Below are positions 19,710-29,575 of a stretch of 64,000 bases of DNA, one piece after another. Origin of the DNA: Methanotrichaceae archaeon (lineage in GTDB: Archaea > Halobacteriota > Methanosarcinia > Methanotrichales > Methanotrichaceae); assembly GCA_963754945.1 (NCBI GenBank), contig CAVWIG010000028.1, positions 128,001 through 192,000 on the forward strand, given 5' to 3'. The notes under the pieces were generated by a model that searched no databases, was not told where the DNA came from, and saw only the letters and a list, made by a program, of their open reading frames with translations. How positions within the stretch are numbered: position 1 is the stretch's first letter; each line of letters starts with the position of its first letter. Position numbers and translations under genes: made by a program.

Positions 19710-21203
19710 TTAAAAGTCCAAAAGAGATCGTTGTTTCTTGCTGTCCTTGGTCTTTGAAGGTTCCGGTTTAGCTTTGGCATCGGGTCTCTTGTCTTCTAGA
19801 TTAACAGGCTTGGATTCAGCCTTCGCCTGCTCCACCGGTTCCTCAGACTTCCCTTTCGTTTCACGCTCCAGTGACCTCTGGCCTGTTACGTGCCATCCCA
19901 GATCTATCTTCCCGGCAAGCTCCGCCTCCCTGATCTTCTGAGCCTCTTCGAATATCGTCTGGACTTTCTTGGTAGTCGGAGTAGTCGCCATCAACAGGGC
20001 GATCTCATCCGGATTCAGGTCCAGCTCGGCCGCTACCGCCGGAGCTAGCTTCTTGCTCTTGAGAAGCAGTCCCAGGAAGTCCATCAGCTCCGAGCGGGCA
20101 AATCCAGCGGATACGTGGCAGCGCGCTCCTATCTTCTTGGCAGCCGAGTCTCGGACGTTGCGTGCCTTTTTGGATTGTCCCATCCTGCGCCATAGGGCCG
20201 GAGGCCGAAACGCAATGTATCCTGACCTGCGTGCCGTCCTGGAGGCCTGGACGCCTCCAGTCATGAGAAAGCCAGCGTATCTCCACAGACCGTAGTTCTG
20301 CCTGCGCCTTACCCTTCCCAGGAACACGTCGGCTCTGGCGAGAGTGTCAAATCCGCTGAGGAGGTCGGCTCCCTGATAGGCAACAGGGAGGTTCTCATCT
20401 ATCCAGTGAACAAGGTCCTCGGGGCTCTCGTCCAGAGTATAAGACGCCTGTAGGGCATCCGATGGATTGCTTCCCCGGAATATGACCTCCAGAACCTTGA
20501 AGATGGACTCCTTTACATCTCGCTCTGCTGTGGCCACATCCTCCAGTCGGACCTCCGACTGGCCCTGTGCAGCAGCCTGAAGGTCATTTATGGCGGACCG
20601 CAGGTCTCCTCCGGCACGCTCAGCAATCAGTTCAATGGCATCCGGGTCGCAGGCGATCGCCTCGGCTTTGCATATCGTCCTCATGGTTGAGGCGATGGTG
20701 ACTGATCTCACCGACCGGAACGCAATTCCTTTAGCAGCATCCCTCAAAGGCTTCTCTATCTCGTAGTACTCGTTGGCGATGAGCAGAACTGGCTGATTGG
20801 CTCCCCTGACCAGCTTGAGCATGGCCGCGGCGCCCCCGCGGTCTGCTGTGCCGTGCAGGTTGTCAGCCTCGTCCAGAATCACAAGACGTCTGCTGCCGGA
20901 GAATGTGCTGGTCCTCGATGCTGGGCCGGCGATCCGCTCTATCATTCCTGCTGTACGCACATCACTGGCGTTCATTTCGACTTCTTCCCAATCCATCTCC
21001 CTTGCCAGGGCCAACGCTGCAGAGGTCTTGCCTGTCCCTGCAGGCCCGTAGAGGATGGCTGCTCTGGTTACTGGTCTATCCTGCTCCCAGGATTCCGCCC
21101 ACTCCCTGAGCTCAGAAATAGCCTTGCCGTTTCCCAGAACCTCCTGGAGTGAGTTTGGCCGATACTTCTCTGTCCACTTAGCGGAGGCGGTAACCGATGC
21201 CAT
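19710..21203 (-). CDS. rfcL: Replication factor C large subunit
   Basis: WTEKYRP, GPAGTGKT, EMNASD, DEAD, GDLRSAINDLQ, C-terminal PIP QRSLLDF. Confidence 0.96.
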   Translation of the reverse strand: MASVTASAKWTEKYRPNSLQEVLGNGKAISELREWAESWEQDRPVTRAAILYGPAGTGKTSAALALAREMDWEEVEMNASDVRTAGMIERIAGPASRTSTFSGSRRLVILDEADNLHGTADRGGAAAMLKLVRGANQPVLLIANEYYEIEKPLRDAAKGIAFRSVRSVTIASTMRTICKAEAIACDPDAIELIAERAGGDLRSAINDLQAAAQGQSEVRLEDVATAERDVKESIFKVLEVIFRGSNPSDALQASYTLDESPEDLVHWIDENLPVAYQGADLLSGFDTLARADVFLGRVRRRQNYGLWRYAGFLMTGGVQASRTARRSGYIAFRPPALWRRMGQSKKARNVRDSAAKKIGARCHVSAGFARSELMDFLGLLLKSKKLAPAVAAELDLNPDEIALLMATTPTTKKVQTIFEEAQKIREAELAGKIDLGWHVTGQRSLERETKGKSEEPVEQAKAESKPVNLEDKRPDAKAKPEPSKTKDSKKQRSLLDF

Positions 21204-21204
21204 T

Positions 21205-21633
21205 CTACCAGATTCCCTCTCGACCGGTCAATTCAACTACCTCGATCTCCCAGATGGTCATCTCCATCCGCTCTAGCTCCTCCCTCTGGAACTTCTTGTC
21301 ACCATGGCCTCCGATGCCTTTCTTAGTGAAGGCGTCGAACATCCTGGCCTTGGCTTCGATGTCGGAGGAGAGTTTTGCTTTTCCAAAAGCAAGAACGCTT
21401 GCCCAGCGGTCTTCGTTGAGCAAATCAACCTCAAAGCAGACCCTCGAATTTTTGGCTGCCATCTCTATCTTCCTCCCTCTGCCACGGGAATGGAGGTAAA
21501 TTTTTCCGCCAGAATAAACATAGGACATTGGAATGACATAAGGATTGTCATCTGAGGAGAGTCCGAGCCTGCCGAATTTGGAAGAGGAGAGAATTGAGGC
21601 GCATTCGTCCTGGGATAGAGTCCTGGGCTTCAT
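21205..21633 (-). CDS. Pyridoxamine 5'-phosphate oxidase-like (NimA-type) flavin-binding protein
   Basis: GRLGLS..PYVIPMSY..IYLHS..GRK..VCFEVD..WASVLAFG. Confidence 0.88.
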   Translation of the reverse strand: MKPRTLSQDECASILSSSKFGRLGLSSDDNPYVIPMSYVYSGGKIYLHSRGRGRKIEMAAKNSRVCFEVDLLNEDRWASVLAFGKAKLSSDIEAKARMFDAFTKKGIGGHGDKKFQREELERMEMTIWEIEVVELTGREGIW

Positions 21634-21796
21634 GAATTCAGGTCTTCGCTCAAGGGTTATAGCTTTTGTTCAGATGAGAAAAACGATCTTTTGAATCGAG
21701 TTTGTCTTGTTCGACGTTGTCTAAGGAAACGTGTACTTGCATTGTGTCATTAGGATCCCCAATTCAAAATAAAAAAAATGATAGTCCATCAATACA

Positions 21797-23173
21797 TCAA
21801 TAGTCCCTCTGGTTTCTCGTTCTGGTTTCGTAGCAGTGGTAGGTGTCCTTCTGCTTATCCTGGAGGTAGACATAGTTGAACTTGCTGTCCTCCTTGTGCT
21901 CTTCGAACTCCTCTCTGGCATCCTCCCGGCAACTAGAGCAGGCATTGCGTGGCAGGGATACACAGAAGGTGCTGTTCAGTATACCGTAACCCTTCTGGGC
22001 CTGAGAGGCAATGGTCATGTATCCGTGGCATCTGTCACAGAGCCTGACAGTTTCTTCCTGGCCCTCGTTGATCATGTCGGTGTCGTAGAAGATGCGCTTT
22101 CGCCTGCGGTAGAACTGTCCGTGCTCTGCCAGGGCATCCTCGACAAGCCGATCACGGTTATCCCAGATCTCTTGAAGCTGCCCTATCGTCGCCTCTATCT
22201 CCCTCTTCATCTCCGCAGACTGAACGAACTTGCCTGGCACGTAATCAGGTTCCCTGACGTGAGAGTAGTCGAGTCCGGCCATGGCCTGGATTATGCCGGT
22301 GTTGACGTAAGGCAGAGCAGTCTCAATAGCGTAGCCTCCCTCCAGGACGCACAGGTCTGGAGCCAGCTTTTCGTTAAGGCGAGCGTAACCGTTCGCAGAG
22401 AACCGCATGTTGGCCAGAGGATCTGTGTAGTGGTTGTCCTGGCCGGCCGAGTTCAGCAAAAGGTCAGGCTGAAAGTCCTTCAGGACCGGCAGTATGAAGT
22501 TGTCCAGAACGTAGTGGATCCCCTCGTCAGTCGTTCCTGACGGGAGCGGTATATTGAGAGTCCTTCCTAACGCCTGGGGGCCGCCCATCTCGTTAGGGAA
22601 TCCTGATCCCGGATAAAGGGTTCGGCCATCCTGGTGGAAGGATATGAAGAGCACATCGGGATCGTGCCAGAAGATGTCCTGGGTTCCGTCACCGTGGTGG
22701 ACGTCGGTGTCGACTATGGCGATCTTCTTGTGGCCGTACCTTGTCCGGAAGTACTCGACCATGATTGCCATGTTGTTGATGTTGCAGAAGCCCCTGTTCC
22801 CATGGACGACCATCATGGAATGATGGCCCGGCGGTCGGACAAGAGCGAAGCCGTTACGAATCGCCCCACTCTCCTTGGCATCAGCCAGAGTAAGGACGCT
22901 TCCGGCTGCGATCAAGTGGGCCTCTGCTACCTGGGCCTCCACATTCGGGACGCAGAAGTGTACCCTGGATATGTCCTTTGGTGTGGCCAGACGGGGCTTG
23001 TACTCCTCGATCTCTGGAAGGTCCATCAACCCTTCCTCGAAGATCTGGTCTCTGGTGTACAGGAGGCGCTCCTCCCTTTCTGGGTGGGTAGGCGAGATTG
23101 CCCAGTCGAAGGCCGGGAAGAATATCAGGCCTGTCTTGCCCTTCTTATTCGCTGTCGTGCCGCAGGCTTCCAT
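21797..23173 (-). CDS. Histone deacetylase-family (acetylpolyamine/acetoin utilisation) protein
   Basis: HPER, RPPGHH, GFC, DTDVHHGDGT, SAGQDNH..DPL, LEGGY. Confidence 0.92.
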   Translation of the reverse strand: MEACGTTANKKGKTGLIFFPAFDWAISPTHPEREERLLYTRDQIFEEGLMDLPEIEEYKPRLATPKDISRVHFCVPNVEAQVAEAHLIAAGSVLTLADAKESGAIRNGFALVRPPGHHSMMVVHGNRGFCNINNMAIMVEYFRTRYGHKKIAIVDTDVHHGDGTQDIFWHDPDVLFISFHQDGRTLYPGSGFPNEMGGPQALGRTLNIPLPSGTTDEGIHYVLDNFILPVLKDFQPDLLLNSAGQDNHYTDPLANMRFSANGYARLNEKLAPDLCVLEGGYAIETALPYVNTGIIQAMAGLDYSHVREPDYVPGKFVQSAEMKREIEATIGQLQEIWDNRDRLVEDALAEHGQFYRRRKRIFYDTDMINEGQEETVRLCDRCHGYMTIASQAQKGYGILNSTFCVSLPRNACSSCREDAREEFEEHKEDSKFNYVYLQDKQKDTYHCYETRTRNQRDY

Positions 23174-23174
23174 T

Positions 23175-24848
23175 TTAACACCTCCCCCATGCAGGGATGA
23201 TTCCCGCTGGGATCTCCATCCTTACATCGAGGAGCCTGCCGACCGTTGACCAGCCTCTGACCATGTTGAAGATCTCGCTGTAGGTTACCTCTGCCTCATT
23301 TGCATACTCGCCGATTCCCATTTTGTTTGCCCACTCGGTCATTAGTTTTCTGGCCATCTGCTCCGCTTGCTCCAGGTTCATGTTCTTGCCGTTCGCCTTG
23401 CCCATAAGTCCTTCCTCAGCCACAATGTACTCCCCTCTTTCGGTATCGATCCGAAGATTCAGGGTAAGCGTGGGCCGAGCTACTGCTGCGCCGATGGCGT
23501 TGGCCACAGGGGCATATTCGGGTATGACGGCCTTTGCGCCTAGCCTCTGGGCCACCAGAGGAACCAAAGGCTGTGCTGCGCCCCCAACTCCGACAACATT
23601 CTGGGCCTGGAGCAACTCTTTCTTCATTATCTCCCAGACGCGGTAGGCAGGCTCCTGCTCCCACTCCCGGAACATCTCGTTGACGTGACTCACGATCTTG
23701 TCCACGACGGCATCGATTACCCTCTTGGCCACCTCTTTCGGGGTGCAGCCCAAGCGTTTCGCAATATCGGCCATTGCTTTCTCGGCAGCCGCAGCATCTC
23801 CGATATCGGACAATCCAAGGACCCGCAGGGCGTCCGTTGTTGTGGCGCATGGACCGCCCATACAGAGGGCTGGCCCTTCCCTGTGGGGTCCAACAGCGAT
23901 GCAGTCACCATTCACGCTAACGGCGCTGTCTCCTCCAATGGCAACCGACTTGACGGCAAAAGCCCGGACGTGAGTAAGAAGAGAGTTTACCCTTGCGCCT
24001 TTTGATGACAGCAGGGGCTTGCCTGACAGTATCAAGGCCAGGTCGGTCGTTGTCCCGCCGATGTCGACAACTACGGATGTCTGTGTAGTCGGCATCAGGG
24101 CCATGACGCCCATGATGCTGGCAGCCGGTCCTGAGAAGATGGTCTCCACAGGCATATCGACAGATTTGTCCAGGGGCAGGGTCCCTCCGTCTGCCTTCAA
24201 GATGAAGACCGGAGCGGAGATCTTGCGATTCTTTAGGGCAGCGTTGATCTGGTCTGCAAATTCTCGATACTTATCCTTGGTGGCAACCGTAAGCCTTGTA
24301 GTTGCTGCACGTCTGGGGAAGTTCAGTTGGCCTGAGACCCGGTGGCCCAGCTCGACCTGAACGCCCGGGACGACGCTGGCCACGATATCGGCAGCCTTCA
24401 GCTCATGGACGTGGTTCCTCTGGCCGAACTTCCCAACCACTGCGATTTTCTTGAATCCTTTATTAGCTAGCTCCAGTGCAGTTGACTTTACCTGAGATTC
24501 GTTCAGCTTCTGGATCTCCCGGCCCCTATAGTCTATTGCTCCGTCAAGGATGAAGACGTCCTGGCCCAGGTGGTAGTCTTTCGGGTTGGTGCCGGGGCCT
24601 GGGATGAGCACCAGGGCTACGGGATCAGTCTTGCCCTCGGCTATCATGTTGGTGATCAGGGTGGTGCTGAGCACGACCCTCTCGATCTTGTCGGGCGAGA
24701 CGCCCTCGGTGAGCTTGTCCAGGGCGGAGAGAAGGCATCCGAGCAGGTTATCGTGGTCTGTCGGGACATAGGCCGACCTGAAAACTCTGCCGCCCTCTAC
24801 CAGCACTGCATCTGTGGTAGTTCCGCCGACATCAATTCCAATCAACAT
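23175..24848 (-). CDS. Hydantoinase/oxoprolinase-family protein
   Basis: GIDVGGTTTD, TIFSGPAAS, DIGGTTTD, ANAIGAA. Confidence 0.92.
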   Translation of the reverse strand: MLIGIDVGGTTTDAVLVEGGRVFRSAYVPTDHDNLLGCLLSALDKLTEGVSPDKIERVVLSTTLITNMIAEGKTDPVALVLIPGPGTNPKDYHLGQDVFILDGAIDYRGREIQKLNESQVKSTALELANKGFKKIAVVGKFGQRNHVHELKAADIVASVVPGVQVELGHRVSGQLNFPRRAATTRLTVATKDKYREFADQINAALKNRKISAPVFILKADGGTLPLDKSVDMPVETIFSGPAASIMGVMALMPTTQTSVVVDIGGTTTDLALILSGKPLLSSKGARVNSLLTHVRAFAVKSVAIGGDSAVSVNGDCIAVGPHREGPALCMGGPCATTTDALRVLGLSDIGDAAAAEKAMADIAKRLGCTPKEVAKRVIDAVVDKIVSHVNEMFREWEQEPAYRVWEIMKKELLQAQNVVGVGGAAQPLVPLVAQRLGAKAVIPEYAPVANAIGAAVARPTLTLNLRIDTERGEYIVAEEGLMGKANGKNMNLEQAEQMARKLMTEWANKMGIGEYANEAEVTYSEIFNMVRGWSTVGRLLDVRMEIPAGIIPAWGRC

Positions 24849-25093
24849 ATATCAATCGCCTTGCTGATTGCGCTCAAGAGACTTGGATGTATATCGGCTT
24901 TGTGGTTCTTCCCAAGGTCATTACATTCGTATCTAGTAGAGGGGAGGCTCGGAACAAATGAATTCCTATGAATCGATTAACTGGAACAGTACAGACGTTT
25001 GTCTCCTGAGGCACAGAGATTCCCGTTGACATAAACCGATTCAATTGAACTATTGTGGAAGAGTCTTTATCTTCATCCTTCCCTAAGCAAGCC

Positions 25094-25463
25094 ATGAACC
25101 GGCTAGCAATGTCTGCACTCTGTCTCTGCCTCCTAAGCGCAGGTTGTGTCGATCACCAGGGCAACGGAAACAAGAGCTCCGCCAAGGTAGAACCGCTTTC
25201 CGTGGCCATAGCTTCTCCCGATTCCGGCGCCATCATCACCGGAGACAAGGATATCAAGTTCGAATCCACGGTTGAAGGCGGGAACAAGCCCTACGTCTAC
25301 GAGTGGTCCTCCAAACCTCGACGGGATTTTGTCAACTGAAAGCTCCTTTACCCGGAGGTCTTCCCTGATGCAGAAAGGGGAGCACTACGTCATTCTCAAA
25401 GTCACCGATGCTTCAGGCAATACCTCTGAGGCCACGTGTCTACTGAGATTGTTATCAAGTTGA
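25094..25463 (+). pseudogene. PKD-domain lipoprotein with a +1 frameshift
   Basis: Lipobox LLSAGC; GGNKPYVYEWSS continues as NLDGILS..GEHYVILKVTDASG in another frame; extra A near 25313. Confidence 0.7.
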
Positions 25464-26222
25464 GGACGCCTCTTGCCGGGCGCAGGAGCACGACCTCCCA
25501 TCCGGGATTTTTTCGGCTGTTCGGGATATTATCTCTTTTACGCAACCGCTCAACCGGTCCATCTGCTCTGTAATTTCTGAGAGGCTCAGTTTGCCTCCCC
25601 CCGTCTTCATTCCGCAGGCCTCGTTGGTCACGATGCATAGCGATGCATAGCAAAGCCCCAGCTCCTTGGCCAGCACAACCTCCGGATATCCGGTCATTCC
25701 CACAACATCCCCGAACTGCCTCATCATCCTGATCTGGGCAGGAGACTCCAGATGAGGCCCCTCTGCACACACGTAAACTCCCTCGAAGGGCTGTACGTTC
25801 ATTTCCGACATGGCATCCCGAAGACTTGTAAGCAACTCAGGGCAATAAGGCTGGCTCATATCGACGTGCACCGCTCTGTCATCAAAGAAGGTGTTTGCTC
25901 TGGCTTTGGTGAACTCGACATAGTCCAGGGGCAGGAAAAAGCTGCCGACCGGATGGTAGGACATTGTGCCCACGGTGTTGATTGAAATAGCTCCAGTAGC
26001 ACCGCTCCTCCTAACTGCACTGATGACTGCCCTGTAGTTTACTTTGTGTGGTGGAAGATGGTTTATACCGTGACGTCCAATGAAGACAGCCTTCTTGCCT
26101 CCGAGCCTTGCAGATTGGACTTCAACGTTTCCATAGGGCGTTTCTATCGTATCTGACGGCCCATCAAGGCAAAAGCCAACTCCGCCTATTATCGCAATCC
26201 TAGCATCCATCAGGGAATCCAT
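25455..26222 (-). CDS. MTAP/PNP-family methylthioadenosine/inosine phosphorylase
   Basis: IAIIGG, TPYG, RHG..H.PPHKVNYRA, EGPHLESPA, VVGMTGYPE. Confidence 0.9.
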   Translation of the reverse strand: MDSLMDARIAIIGGVGFCLDGPSDTIETPYGNVEVQSARLGGKKAVFIGRHGINHLPPHKVNYRAVISAVRRSGATGAISINTVGTMSYHPVGSFFLPLDYVEFTKARANTFFDDRAVHVDMSQPYCPELLTSLRDAMSEMNVQPFEGVYVCAEGPHLESPAQIRMMRQFGDVVGMTGYPEVVLAKELGLCYASLCIVTNEACGMKTGGGKLSLSEITEQMDRLSGCVKEIISRTAEKIPDGRSCSCARQEASST

Positions 26223-26362
26223 GAAAATTAAGCCTCTTGGAGAAATGCTTCACTCCAAGCCATTAAATCTTCTTGTCGTCTCTTTCTTTTCGCCAAAAAT
26301 AAGTCTTTTAACTCAAGAAGTCTTTTATATTATGGCCGCGACCCAATTTAGGAGATCCCCAG

Positions 26363-27604
26363 ATGGAGTTTACTGCCCAAGAGAAGTACGAATTCAAACG
26401 GATGCTCGACAACCTCAGGTCCAAGGTTGGCAGAGGCACCGAGCTGATTTCTCTTTATATACCTCACGACAAGCAGATATCTGATGTGATGGCTCAGCTT
26501 CGTGAGGAGAACGGCCAGGCCGCCAACATCAAGTCCAGAGTAACGCGCCTCAATGTTCAAAGCGCCCTAGATTCGGCTATGTCCAGGGTCCGCCTCATCA
26601 ACAAGGTTCCTGAAAACGGTGTTGTAATATTCATTGGATCAATAGACATAGGCAGCAACAAGACTGATATGTACAGCCTAGCTCTGGAGCCTCCCGATCC
26701 CATTACAACCTACAAGTATCACTGCGATTCCGCGTTTCTTCTGGCTCCACTGGAGGAGATGCTGGCCGACAAGAAGACCTTCGGCTTGATAGTCCTGGAC
26801 AGGCGCGAGGCAACCATTGGACTCCTCAAGGGCAAGCAAATAGTGCCCATTAAGCACATGACCTCCACAGTACCCGGCAAACAGAGGAAAGGAGGTCAGT
26901 CCAGCCACAGGTTCCAGCAACTAAGGCTTATTGCCATTCACGACTTCTACAAGAGGATAGGAGACAGCGCGACTGAGGCCTTCCTTCCCATAGACCCGAA
27001 GGATTTTGAGGGCATTATCGTCGGCGGTCCGTCGCCCACGAAGGAAGAGTTCGTTGAGGGAGAGTTCCTTCACCATGAGCTGCAAAAGAAGCTCCTCGAT
27101 GCCCTTGATGTTTCCTACACAGACGAATCCGGCTTGCACGAGCTGGTTGAAGCAGCACAGGAAAGGCTGATCGACCTTGAGCTCACCCAGGATAAGCTGG
27201 TCATGAGACGATTCTTGAGGGAGCTGGTGAGCGACAACGGCCTGGCTGCCTATGGCGAAAAAGAGGTGAGGCACAACCTTGAGCTTGGCTCGGTTGAAAC
27301 TATGCTCCTGTCGGAGGACCTGCGCAAGACCAGGGCCAAGATCATCTGCACTAACAAGAGCTGCGATTTTGCCGAGGATCAGACCAGGACTTCGTCCTCT
27401 CAGCCTGTAGGGAACTGCTTTAAGTGCGGCAGCTCTCTAGGCATAACAGAAGAGGAGGACATAGTCTCAGACCTCTCCAAGCTGGCGGATGCAAGCGGCT
27501 CTGCCGTCAAGATAATCTCAACCGATTCGGAGGAAGGAGCCCAGCTCTACCAAGCCTTTGGCGGGATTGCAGCGATTCTGAGATACAAGACGAGCCACCT
27601 ATAG
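26363..27604 (+). CDS. prf1: Peptide chain release factor aRF1
   Basis: GTELISLYIP, NIKS, GGQS motifs, AFGGIAAILRY. Confidence 0.98.
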   Translation: MEFTAQEKYEFKRMLDNLRSKVGRGTELISLYIPHDKQISDVMAQLREENGQAANIKSRVTRLNVQSALDSAMSRVRLINKVPENGVVIFIGSIDIGSNKTDMYSLALEPPDPITTYKYHCDSAFLLAPLEEMLADKKTFGLIVLDRREATIGLLKGKQIVPIKHMTSTVPGKQRKGGQSSHRFQQLRLIAIHDFYKRIGDSATEAFLPIDPKDFEGIIVGGPSPTKEEFVEGEFLHHELQKKLLDALDVSYTDESGLHELVEAAQERLIDLELTQDKLVMRRFLRELVSDNGLAAYGEKEVRHNLELGSVETMLLSEDLRKTRAKIICTNKSCDFAEDQTRTSSSQPVGNCFKCGSSLGITEEEDIVSDLSKLADASGSAVKIISTDSEEGAQLYQAFGGIAAILRYKTSHL

Positions 27605-27668
27605 GCGGATGAATCTTCGGACAACGCTGGACACAGATAATAGACCGTGGATTTCGAGACAGTTGACG

Positions 27669-28148
27669 ATGACGACGATTGAAGTCTCTGTTTATGTTCT
27701 AATCAGGCCCACAGAACGGGTGGAAAAAGTTGCCTCTGCTGTGGAGAAGATCTTCCCTGGCCTGATGATGGACATCAGGGGGGATCGGATAGAGGCTTAC
27801 GGCGGCCCAAGCACTCTTCGGACTCTGCATAAGTTACTGAGAGAGCAGGAGATCCTGGACACTGCCAGATCGGTAATGCTCCGAGGGCGTGATGGGAATA
27901 CGATACAATTCAGATTGAATAAACAGGCGGCTTTTATGGGCATGGTCAATTTTCCGCCTGAAGAGGAGCCGCTGGGTTCCATTCACGTCCAGATCACGGG
28001 GGATGACATGGTGATTGACTGGCTTAGCCCCATGACAGAGAACGGTGTTCCTGTTAAAGAGATCGAACTCCCGGAGCTTGGACCCCAAGAAATCGATTCA
28101 CTGGAGACACATTTAACAGAGGCCTCTCCCAGGGAGGAAGATGTTTAG
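27669..28148 (+). CDS. UPF0201/COG1931-like RNA-binding protein
   Basis: PTERVEKV..AVEKIFP, ILDTARS, LNKQAAF..VNF; start uncertain (27609 or 27669). Confidence 0.8.
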   Translation: MTTIEVSVYVLIRPTERVEKVASAVEKIFPGLMMDIRGDRIEAYGGPSTLRTLHKLLREQEILDTARSVMLRGRDGNTIQFRLNKQAAFMGMVNFPPEEEPLGSIHVQITGDDMVIDWLSPMTENGVPVKEIELPELGPQEIDSLETHLTEASPREEDV

Positions 28149-28911
28149 CTTCTCCTCGAGCGCCATGGTGGAGAAGCCCTTCGACTGGGCGTACCAGCTC
28201 GAGGATCTTGGCTACACCGGCTGGGAGATAGTCAATGAAGGAAAGCAGAGGCTGACGAAGGAGAATATCCAGGAGGCAAAGGATATAGCCCAGACGACCG
28301 GACTGGTCATAACTGTTCATCTTCCCTATTCGGACCTGAACCTGGCAAGCATGAACCAACCCATCTGGGAGGAGACGATCAGGCAGATGAAGAGATGCCT
28401 GAGTCTGTCGAGCGATTTTTGCCGGCTTGCAGTGGTTCATCCTGGACACCTATCCCCCCTTGGAATGCAGATGCCAGACAAGGCTTGGTCCCAGAACATC
28501 CTAGGCATCCAGGAGATCTGCGACCACGCCGCAGAGCTGGATATGAAAATCGCTGTGGAGAACATGGTCAACATGCCGGCCCTTCTTGGCCGAATGCCAG
28601 AGGAGATAGTTGGTATTCTGGAGACGGTGAACAGGGACAACGCTGGGTTCATCCTTGATGTGGGTCACGCCAACACCAATGGGAACGTGAATCAGTTCCT
28701 GAAGCTTAAGGATCTGGTCATCCACGTTCACATCCACGACAACCACGGAGAGAGAGATGAACATCTTCCTGTCGGTTTTGGCACAGTACCATGGGACCGT
28801 GTCGCTGCAGCCTTCGAAGGTTACAGCGGCAGAATGGTCACTGAGTCCAGGTCCCTAGCCGAGGGCCAGAGATCTCTCAAGCGCCTCAAAAAGCTGATGA
28901 AGAAGGAGTGA
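28141..28911 (+). CDS. Sugar phosphate isomerase/epimerase (AP endonuclease 2 TIM barrel)
   Basis: HLPYSDLNLAS, VVHPG, ENM, LDVGHA, HVHIHDNHG..DEHL..G.G. Confidence 0.88.
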   Translation: MFSFSSSAMVEKPFDWAYQLEDLGYTGWEIVNEGKQRLTKENIQEAKDIAQTTGLVITVHLPYSDLNLASMNQPIWEETIRQMKRCLSLSSDFCRLAVVHPGHLSPLGMQMPDKAWSQNILGIQEICDHAAELDMKIAVENMVNMPALLGRMPEEIVGILETVNRDNAGFILDVGHANTNGNVNQFLKLKDLVIHVHIHDNHGERDEHLPVGFGTVPWDRVAAAFEGYSGRMVTESRSLAEGQRSLKRLKKLMKKE

Positions 28912-28923
28912 ACAGGTAGCCTC

Positions 28924-29571
28924 ATGTCTTCATTTGACGCCATCGCAGTAGAAATGCTCGCCTGGTTCGATGAAAAGAATACAGCCAGAGAGGAGTCTTT
29001 GCGGCTCTGCAGGGCAGCCATAAGGTGCTGTTCGGCGGCGATAAGATCCGTTCACCGTGGCCAACTGGAAGAGGCTGAAAAGGTCATGGCCGAGGCACAA
29101 ACGAATCTGACCAGGGTCAGAGAACTTTTGAAGGACCATCCTGATGTTCGCCATGCTGGCTTCTACGACGATGCAGAGCAAGAGTACGCGGAGGCCAGGA
29201 ACGTCTACTCGATCGTTGTGGATCACGAGATCCTGACGCCTGAGAAGACCGGCGTAGGGTTTGTCAATTATCTATCGGGATTGGGCGACGTCACAGGAGA
29301 GCTACGGCGTCACATCCTTGACCTCATCCGCAAGGGTGAGCCCGATGTTGGAGAGTATTACCTAGAGACGATGGAGGAGATCTTCTACCTGCTGATGCTC
29401 TTCGATTACCCCGATGCCATCACTCGGGGTCTGCGCAGAAAGAGCGATCTTGCCAGGTCCATGATCGAACGGACCCGGGGCGACCTGACCAACGCCATCG
29501 AGATGAGAAAGGTCGAGACGTCGTTGCGTGGCCTGGAGGATAAGCTTAAAGAATCCGGTTTAGGAGTCTAA
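28924..29571 (+). CDS. Translin-family protein
   Basis: REESL..R, QEYAEA, YLSGLGDVTGELRR, GLRRKSD. Confidence 0.88.
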   Translation: MSSFDAIAVEMLAWFDEKNTAREESLRLCRAAIRCCSAAIRSVHRGQLEEAEKVMAEAQTNLTRVRELLKDHPDVRHAGFYDDAEQEYAEARNVYSIVVDHEILTPEKTGVGFVNYLSGLGDVTGELRRHILDLIRKGEPDVGEYYLETMEEIFYLLMLFDYPDAITRGLRRKSDLARSMIERTRGDLTNAIEMRKVETSLRGLEDKLKESGLGV

Positions 29572-29575
29572 AACC

